A DNA stretch of 64,000 nucleotides from Candidatus Kapaibacterium sp. Lineage in GTDB: Bacteria > Patescibacteriota > Patescibacteriia > UBA9934. This document shows, one piece after another, positions 57,833-64,000 of the stretch. The position numbers were made by a program, and so were the translations under genes. The number at the start of each line of letters is the position of its first letter. Within the stretch, counting starts at the first letter, position 1. The stretch is from contig JBILHA010000002.1 of assembly GCA_044350705.1 (NCBI GenBank), positions 306,295 through 370,294 of the forward strand. The letters are read 5' to 3'. The notes under the pieces are model-generated. The model saw only the letters and a program-made list of their open reading frames with translations. It made no database searches and was not told the DNA's origin.

Positions 57833-60460
57833 ATGGAAGCTCAAAAAACCTTTATTGTTCTTGATGGAAATGCCCTTTTGCATCGCGCATGGCATGCTAT
57901 TCCGCCTCTTACCACGCGTGATGGAAGAGTGGTGAATGCGGCCTATGGCTTTACGAACGTTGTCGAGAAGATGCTGAACGTCTACAAGCCTGATTACATG
58001 GCAGTTGCGTGGGATTTGCCTGGCGCGACCTTTCGGCATGAGGCGTATGAAGCGTATAAGGCTCAACGTGAAAAGAAAGCGGATGAGCTCTATGAACAGA
58101 TTCCGATCATTCAAGAAATTCTTGCAGCCTACGGGATTCCTTCCTTGAGTGCTCCAGGATATGAGGCTGATGATGTTATTGGCACTCTTGCAAAGATGAA
58201 CGATGAGGAAGGAGGGATTGATACGCTTATTGTGACGGGAGATCGTGATGCGTTGCAGCTCGTGAATGAAACGACGAAGGTATTGTTTTTTGTAAAAGGA
58301 CTTTCTGAAGTGAAATTGTTTGATGCGGCTGCGGTTGAAGAAAAGTACGGCGTTACTCCGCTTGAGCTTATTGAAGTGAAGGCGCTTATGGGTGACTCTT
58401 CTGATAATTTGCCGGGTGTTCCGGGCATTGGGGAGAAGAGTGCGGTAGAGCTTGTTAAGCAGTTTGGGGGTGTTGCGGGTATTTTACAGGCGCTCAAGAA
58501 GGGTGAGATGCCCGATAAATACGCAAAGAAATTTGTTGGTCATGAAAATACGGCTGAACAGATGCGCATGCTTGTAGAAATTGCTCGGACGATTCCTCTT
58601 CCTGAGTTTCAACGTCAAGCATGTGCAATGCGTGGGCCGGATGAAACGCGCTTGCGCGCGCTTTTTACTGATCTCGAGTTTTCTTCTTTGCTTAAAAAAT
58701 ACGGTGGTGCTTCTTCCTCCTCCTCTGTTCCTCTTGCTGCAACAAAAGAGAAAAAGCGTACGAAGAAGAAGGATTCTCCTCCTGGGGGAACGCATGTTGC
58801 TACACCTGGCGGTGTCATTGGAGAGTGGATTGGTGTGCTTGTGACTACCAAGCAGCCAGACATGTTTGGCGCTTCTGTGGCGTCTGTGGTTCTTTCTGAT
58901 GGCAAGCGTTTGTGGAAAGCGGAACATCCCGACAAGGCTGTCTTAGAAGAGGTTGCACGGGCGCTTTTTAGCGCAAAATGGATTGTGACCCATGGCGCAA
59001 AGAATATTTTGCATGCGTTTGCTGATATGGGAGTCACGCTTTCCGGAGCATTTTCTTCTCGTCAACTTTATGACGCGGAGGTTATTGCCTACATGTTTAA
59101 TTCGAGCGCCCGAGAGTTTCCTTTGGAGAGTGTGGTGCATGACGTGCTTGAGAAAGATGTGAAAGGTGAAGAAGAGCTTGCGCTTGTTTTGCCTGAACTT
59201 GCTGAGGGGCTTCGTAAGAGATTGGAGGAAGTAGGCATGGAAAAGCTTTACCGGGAGGTAGAAATGCCGCTTATTTCCGTATTGTTTTCCATGGAGCATG
59301 AAGGTATTTGTGTCGATAAGAAGATGCTCTCTGGTCTCGCCAAGACGTTTGGTGAAAAAGTACAGTTACTTACAAAAGAAATTTGTTCTCTTGCAGGAGA
59401 AGATTTTAATGTGAACTCCCCTTCCCAATTGGCGACGATTCTTTTTGAGAAACTACAATTGCCGACGAAGGGTATTAAGAAAACGAAATCGGGATATTCT
59501 ACTGCGGCACCGGAACTTGAGAAGCTATGGGACGCCCATAAGATCGTTCCGCTCATTGAAGAGTATCGAGAGGTTGCCAAGCTTAAATCCACGTATGCAG
59601 ATACGCTTCCTGAACTTGTCGGTCCTGATGGACGTATTCATTCACGGTTCAACCAGACGGTTGCGGCAACGGGGAGATTGTCTTCATCAAACCCGAATTT
59701 GCAGAACATTCCTATTCGTACTGATTTGGGAAAGAAGATCCGTTATGCGTTTGTTGCAAAAGAGGATCACGTTCTTCTCTCCGCTGACTATTCGCAGATT
59801 GAGCTTCGTTTAGCTGCGGAACTTGCGCATGACGACTCATTTGTTCGTGCTTTTAAGGATGGAGCTGATATTCATCGAAGAACTGCTGCGGAAGTATGGA
59901 ATATTTCTGAAGAGGAGGTGACAAAGGAGCAGCGTGCCGCAGCAAAGGCGATTAACTTTAGTATTTTGTATGGTGTAGGCCCTCGTGCGCTTGCACGATC
60001 TACGGGCATGCATTTTGAAGAAGCGCGAGAATTCATTGCACGATATTTCGCGGTGCATCCAGGGATCCAAGCGTATATCGATGCCATGAAGTTACAGGCG
60101 CGGTCGCAGGGGTATGTACAAACGCTCTTTGGACGCCGACGTTATCTTCCTGATATTACTTCCGGCGTTCCTCAGCTTGTTGCTGCGGCTGAGCGCATGG
60201 CTATGAATATGCCTATTCAAGGGACGCAGGCGGATATTATTAAAATGGCCATGATTACGCTTTCCTCTTCCCTGGAGAAGTCTGATCTTCGAGCAAAGCT
60301 TTTGCTTCAGGTGCATGACGAACTCATTTTTGAGGTGCATGAAGAAGACGTGCAAGAAGTGGAGAAGCTCGTTCGAGAGAAAATGGTAAGCGTAGCGACT
60401 TTTAAGGTGCCTTTGGTGGTAGATGTGGCGACGGGAAAATCATGGGGAGATATTGTGTAG
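57833..60460 (+). CDS. polA: DNA polymerase I
   Basis: 5'-3' exonuclease domain (LDGNALLHRAWHA...), polymerase motifs A (LLSADYSQIELR), B (RRAAKAINFSILYG) and C (LQVHDELIFEV). Confidence 0.95.
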   Translation: MEAQKTFIVLDGNALLHRAWHAIPPLTTRDGRVVNAAYGFTNVVEKMLNVYKPDYMAVAWDLPGATFRHEAYEAYKAQREKKADELYEQIPIIQEILAAYGIPSLSAPGYEADDVIGTLAKMNDEEGGIDTLIVTGDRDALQLVNETTKVLFFVKGLSEVKLFDAAAVEEKYGVTPLELIEVKALMGDSSDNLPGVPGIGEKSAVELVKQFGGVAGILQALKKGEMPDKYAKKFVGHENTAEQMRMLVEIARTIPLPEFQRQACAMRGPDETRLRALFTDLEFSSLLKKYGGASSSSSVPLAATKEKKRTKKKDSPPGGTHVATPGGVIGEWIGVLVTTKQPDMFGASVASVVLSDGKRLWKAEHPDKAVLEEVARALFSAKWIVTHGAKNILHAFADMGVTLSGAFSSRQLYDAEVIAYMFNSSAREFPLESVVHDVLEKDVKGEEELALVLPELAEGLRKRLEEVGMEKLYREVEMPLISVLFSMEHEGICVDKKMLSGLAKTFGEKVQLLTKEICSLAGEDFNVNSPSQLATILFEKLQLPTKGIKKTKSGYSTAAPELEKLWDAHKIVPLIEEYREVAKLKSTYADTLPELVGPDGRIHSRFNQTVAATGRLSSSNPNLQNIPIRTDLGKKIRYAFVAKEDHVLLSADYSQIELRLAAELAHDDSFVRAFKDGADIHRRTAAEVWNISEEEVTKEQRAAAKAINFSILYGVGPRALARSTGMHFEEAREFIARYFAVHPGIQAYIDAMKLQARSQGYVQTLFGRRRYLPDITSGVPQLVAAAERMAMNMPIQGTQADIIKMAMITLSSSLEKSDLRAKLLLQVHDELIFEVHEEDVQEVEKLVREKMVSVATFKVPLVVDVATGKSWGDIV

Positions 60461-60562
60461 AAAAAAAGCTCCGAAGAAATTCGGAGCTTTTTCGTCTTCT
60501 TTCGTTCACGTCTGGATTCCCGATATTCCTCCTCTGGGAGAAGTTTGATACCCTGAGAGCGT

Positions 60563-61549
60563 ATGTTTTTGGCTGTTTATGGAGAGGATGCATTGCGCGT
60601 TCGTGAACTTTCGGATGATCTTTTGGAGAAGTTTGTTGCAAAATATGATCCTTCACGTTTGAATGTTGAGATTTTTGATTTTTCTACAACTTCTCAGGAA
60701 ACACTGGTTCCTGCGCTTCAGGCAGCGCCTTTTCTTTCGGAAAAGCGATTTCTTTTTCTCAAAAATGTTGCGGATACCCTTAAGAAAGCTGATGCGTCTT
60801 TTTGGCTGGAGCTCTTTGAAGCTCTCGATCCTCATACGTCTTTGTGTTTTGTCGATGTACTTGATGAGAAGGCTTGGAAGAAGAGTTATTTGGGAGTATG
60901 GCTTGCGAAAAAGTCCTCTGAAGAAGTGAAGTACTTTTCTATTACTCCTTTTTCTCGGTCTGAAGCTGTTTCTTGGATTCGTGCACGTGCTCAGCGATTT
61001 ACCGTGTCTCTTTCGGAATCTGCTGCGACGTTTCTTTTTGCTCGCGTGGGCGGAGAAAGTCAGGAGCTTGCCGTGGAGATCCATAAACTCGCTTCTTATG
61101 CTGGAGATCAGCCAATTACGGAAGAAATGATTGAGAAACTTGTTCCTTTGCGTACTTCGTCTGATTTTTTTGGATTTCTTGATCTTCTTCCTACTGCAGA
61201 GCCGGATCGCTTGTTACGCGCCTTGGCTCAAGAGACGCAGGCGGGTACGGATGCGTTTGGTCTCTTTGGTGGTCTTTTACGGCAGCTCCGTATTTTAGCG
61301 GGGGTTTCGTTGCTTCTTGAGCAGGGCATTGCTTCCCAGAAGGAGGTTGCTGATACCCTCGGAGTACACCCTTTTGTTGCACAAAAAGCACTTCAGGGGG
61401 CACGGGCATTTTCTCCCCTTGCCCTTCGAGAGGCTTTGGAAAAGGCGACTTTTTGGGATAAACAGACGAAATTAGGGGTTTCTGCAGAAGTACTTGTTGC
61501 TCGTCTTCTTGAGGAACTTCTTTTTGCTCGTGTGAAGCCGCTTCCTTGA
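60563..61549 (+). CDS. holA: DNA polymerase III delta subunit
   Basis: Delta-subunit fold and length (328 aa), positioned after polA. Low sequence conservation is typical of this family. Confidence 0.65.
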   Translation: MFLAVYGEDALRVRELSDDLLEKFVAKYDPSRLNVEIFDFSTTSQETLVPALQAAPFLSEKRFLFLKNVADTLKKADASFWLELFEALDPHTSLCFVDVLDEKAWKKSYLGVWLAKKSSEEVKYFSITPFSRSEAVSWIRARAQRFTVSLSESAATFLFARVGGESQELAVEIHKLASYAGDQPITEEMIEKLVPLRTSSDFFGFLDLLPTAEPDRLLRALAQETQAGTDAFGLFGGLLRQLRILAGVSLLLEQGIASQKEVADTLGVHPFVAQKALQGARAFSPLALREALEKATFWDKQTKLGVSAEVLVARLLEELLFARVKPLP

Positions 61550-61588
61550 CGGGGTAATTGAATTTGGCTATCCTTTCAGCACTTTTCT

Positions 61589-61855
61589 ATGCCAAACTTG
61601 AAGAACGCCAAAAAGGCACTTCGCCAGAGCGTTGTACGTGCAGAGCGTAATACCGCCATTCGCGAGCACATTGACTATGTGCGTCGTAGTTTCCGCAAGC
61701 TTCTTGAAGCAAAGAAGTTTGATGAAGCACATAAGCTGATGAGTGAGCTTACCCAGTCTCTTGATAAGGCAGTTACGAAGAAGGTGATGAAACTCAACAC
61801 CGTATCTCGCATCAAGAGCCGTGCCATGAGCAAGCTCAATACGCTTTCGAAGTAA
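61589..61855 (+). CDS. rpsT: 30S ribosomal protein S20
   Basis: MPNLKNAKKALRQS...R...K all-alpha basic 88-aa protein matching S20. Confidence 0.85.
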   Translation: MPNLKNAKKALRQSVVRAERNTAIREHIDYVRRSFRKLLEAKKFDEAHKLMSELTQSLDKAVTKKVMKLNTVSRIKSRAMSKLNTLSK

Positions 61856-61890
61856 ATAAAAATCCCCCGCTTTTGCGAGGGTTTTTTATT
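61856..61890. terminator. bidirectional terminator between rpsT and rmuC
   Basis: aaaaatcccccgcttttgcgagggttttttatt. Confidence 0.6.
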
Positions 61891-63029
61891 TACTCGAGAA
61901 CTTCTGGCTTTGTCACCTTTTGCATTTCTATGAGATCCCCTACTTCTCCCGCGGTTATTTTTACAATGTCCTTAGAGAGCTTTCTTAGTTCCTCCGAAGA
62001 TTGATTAAACTGATTTACCGTTGTGCTTAGATTCTTCCCCATCCGATCATGAAAGTCTGCAAATGCGGTAAAGTGACGATGAAGTTCTTTTACTCGTTTT
62101 TTGATTTCTTCTGCGTTTTTTTCTATTTTCATGGCATTTAATGCTTGGAGAATGGTTTGTAAGTATGCCAGGAAATTTGTTGGAGATACGATAATAACTC
62201 GATACTTCCCCGCTGCTCGTTGGAGGATATTTTCGCTTTCCTCTCCTCCTAAAGAGCCAATTTTGTTTGTCAGGAGATCATAATAAAGCGCTTCGTGGGG
62301 AATGAACATGAATGCAAAATCAGTAGTACCTTGGTTGGGTTGAATGTATTTTGCAGTTTCCTGTATTCGTCCCTTGAGGTCGCTAATAAAAAGCTTTTCG
62401 AATTTGCTGCGTTCATCATCCGTACCTGCTTCTACACATCGGTTATAGTTTTCTAAGGTGAATTTGGAGTCAATTGGGATTATTTTTTCGTTTACAAAGA
62501 CCACGGCGTCAGCAATAGTTGTATCGGGGAATGCATACTGCATTTTGAAAGACTCCGGGGGGAGCGTATTTCCAAGGAGGGATTCGAGGTAAAATTCTCC
62601 TAAAATGCCTCTTTGTTTTGGGTTTTTTAGGATATCCTGCATTTTTTGTAGCTGCGAGGAGAAGTCCAGTACTTGTTTGTTTGTGCTATCGAGTGTGGTA
62701 AGGCGTTGGGTGACATCTTCGATAAGTTTGCTTGTTTGAGAAAATTGCGTCTGCATCGATCGATGCGATTCCGATAGCCCTCTTCCTACTTGTTCGTTCA
62801 TTTGATGAAGAGATTGCGCGATTTCTTTTCGTGCTTCTGTTTGCAGTTGGTAGAGTTCTTGTCGTTGTTCTCCTGAAAGGCGCTTTAAATCGCTCATTTC
62901 TTGTTTTAATAGATCCAGTGCGCCTTTGAGTTCATGTGATTGCCCCGTTTCTTTTCGGCTTATGAAGAAGAGTAGTATTCCTATGAGTGAAATTACCACG
63001 ACTACTAATGCGATAATGAGAGGATCCAT
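61890..63029 (-). CDS. rmuC: DNA recombination protein RmuC
   Basis: N-terminal TM helix, long coiled-coil, C-terminal RmuC nuclease-like domain. Confidence 0.8.
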   Translation of the reverse strand: MDPLIIALVVVVISLIGILLFFISRKETGQSHELKGALDLLKQEMSDLKRLSGEQRQELYQLQTEARKEIAQSLHQMNEQVGRGLSESHRSMQTQFSQTSKLIEDVTQRLTTLDSTNKQVLDFSSQLQKMQDILKNPKQRGILGEFYLESLLGNTLPPESFKMQYAFPDTTIADAVVFVNEKIIPIDSKFTLENYNRCVEAGTDDERSKFEKLFISDLKGRIQETAKYIQPNQGTTDFAFMFIPHEALYYDLLTNKIGSLGGEESENILQRAAGKYRVIIVSPTNFLAYLQTILQALNAMKIEKNAEEIKKRVKELHRHFTAFADFHDRMGKNLSTTVNQFNQSSEELRKLSKDIVKITAGEVGDLIEMQKVTKPEVLE

Positions 63030-63151
63030 AAGGTGAGTTGACCGTGATAGTTACGTTATTTATACTTTATCCGTCTTCATTTGGAAGGGCGTTGTAGGCA
63101 GTATAGCATTCTACGCGAACAATTACCGAACATTGTGTATAGTGTATACAA

Positions 63152-63173
63152 ATGTTTCACGTGAAACATTTGT
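63152..63173. promoter_or_regulatory. 22-bp perfect palindrome AAATGTTTCACGTGAAACATTT (candidate operator)
   Basis: Perfectly self-complementary. The 14-bp core recurs at 63578-63591, with half-sites (CATGTGAAAC) at about 63181 and 63279. Confidence 0.4.
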
Positions 63174-63195
63174 ATAGATTCATGTGAAACATTCT

Positions 63196-63271
63196 GTCCC
63201 CATAGTTCAATTGGATAGAACGTGGGCGTCCTAAGCCTGTAATCCTGGTTCAAATCCGGGTGGGGACACCA
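63196..63271 (+). tRNA. tRNA-Arg(CCT), CCA encoded
   Basis: Acceptor GTCCCCA/TGGGGAC, anticodon loop gTCCTaa, T-arm CTGGTTCAAATCCGG. Confidence 0.8.
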
Positions 63272-63379
63272 TTGCTTCATGTGAAACGCCTTTCGGGCCT
63301 TTGGCTCGGTTGGCATCGTGTTGTATTCGCTTGGGGTGGGTTCACGGTTCTCGTCTGTTTGACTCCACTCTGATTCAGA

Positions 63380-63690
63380 TCACCTCCCGATATATGCGGA
63401 GGTGTTTTTAGTATTTGTGGATAATTTTCTCCCTTAAAAAGGCTCATGTTTCATACGGAACATATGAGTGTTTTGTTTTGCAAATTGTGTATAACTTTTG
63501 GATTGTTTTTTTGCATTTTCTTTAGCTTCTTCATTTTTCTGCTAATATTAGGTAATTTTTACTTTCTTTTAAAAGTTTCACGTGAAACATATATGTGGAT
63601 AAGATGTGAATATCTTTGTGCATAATTTGTGTAGAAACAATATGTCAAGATTTGCTTTGACAAACTTATCCTCAGCGTATCCACATCGTG
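63380..63690. promoter_or_regulatory. second cluster of DnaA-box motifs in a 600-bp AT-rich intergenic region
   Basis: Perfect TGTGGATAA at 63416-63424 and 63594-63602, GTATCCACA at 63677-63685, hairpin cacctcc..ggaggtg at 63381-63404. Confidence 0.45.
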
Positions 63691-63716
63691 TTTTTTGCGA
63701 TATATACTGTTGAGAC

Positions 63717-64000
63717 ATGATCTCTGACTTTGCTGAGAGTTTTTTTTCCTTATGTAAAAAGAGCCTTTTGCTCGTTTTTATTGTTTCTTTCTTTTTTTCT
63801 GGACATACGGCTTTTGCAGAAATGTCCTCAACAAATTACTTATTGCAGTGGGATGCGGTATCTGTAGGCGGCCTGGATTCTCAATCATCCTCCGGCTATC
63901 AACTGCGTTCCACCTTTGACATGGGCGTTTCTTCGGATGTTTTAGGTTCCTCCTCGTACCGTCTCGACGGAGGTTATCGGGGTGGTATTTTTGATCCCGT
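63717..64000 (+). CDS. secreted hypothetical protein, 3' end beyond the window
   Basis: ATG at 63717, then a signal-peptide-like KKSLLLVFIVSFFFSGHTAFA, then a Ser/Gly-rich mature region. Open to the window end. Confidence 0.4.
   Translation, partial: MISDFAESFFSLCKKSLLLVFIVSFFFSGHTAFAEMSSTNYLLQWDAVSVGGLDSQSSSGYQLRSTFDMGVSSDVLGSSSYRLDGGYRGGIFDP

Overview
Chromosomal core of a small-genome bacterium, about 45-50% GC by eye. The gene content (tandem T4SS-pilin-like arrays, SIS-type bifunctional PGI/PMI, many hypothetical membrane proteins, compact rpmH-rnpA-yidD, dnaA-dnaN, rpsO-pnp, polA-holA-rpsT) suggests an uncultivated Patescibacteria/CPR-like lineage, but that is inference only. Housekeeping genes present: ruvB, PBP1A, dnaN, dnaA with clustered DnaA boxes, rpmH, rnpA, yidD, nfo, tig, lspA, pnp, rpsO, a Xer-type recombinase, polA, holA, rpsT, rmuC, galU, msrB, engB. 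Six tRNAs: Leu-TAA, Ser-CGA, Cys-GCA, Arg-TCT, His-GTG, Arg-CCT. Four regions stand out. (1) A roughly 4 kb block of about 65-70% GC at 7.9-12.0 kb carries two secreted proteins and one large polytopic membrane protein, expressed from mirror-image duplicated sigma70-like promoters, with no mobility genes. (2) Next to it, 12.0-14.9 kb holds a tandem array of six genes (seven domains) of VirB2/TrbC-like pilin paralogs. (3) A family of roughly 100-120 nt structured repeats with nested palindromic stems and apparent covariation sits against the 5' side of two minus-strand tRNA genes, four tandem units at 0.72-1.2 kb and one at 57.55-57.67 kb. (4) A second cluster of DnaA boxes plus a 22-bp perfect palindrome lies around tRNA-Arg(CCT) at 63.1-63.7 kb. 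No CRISPR array, rRNA or obvious transposase was seen. Coordinates of short RNA and regulatory features were counted by hand and may be off by a few bases.
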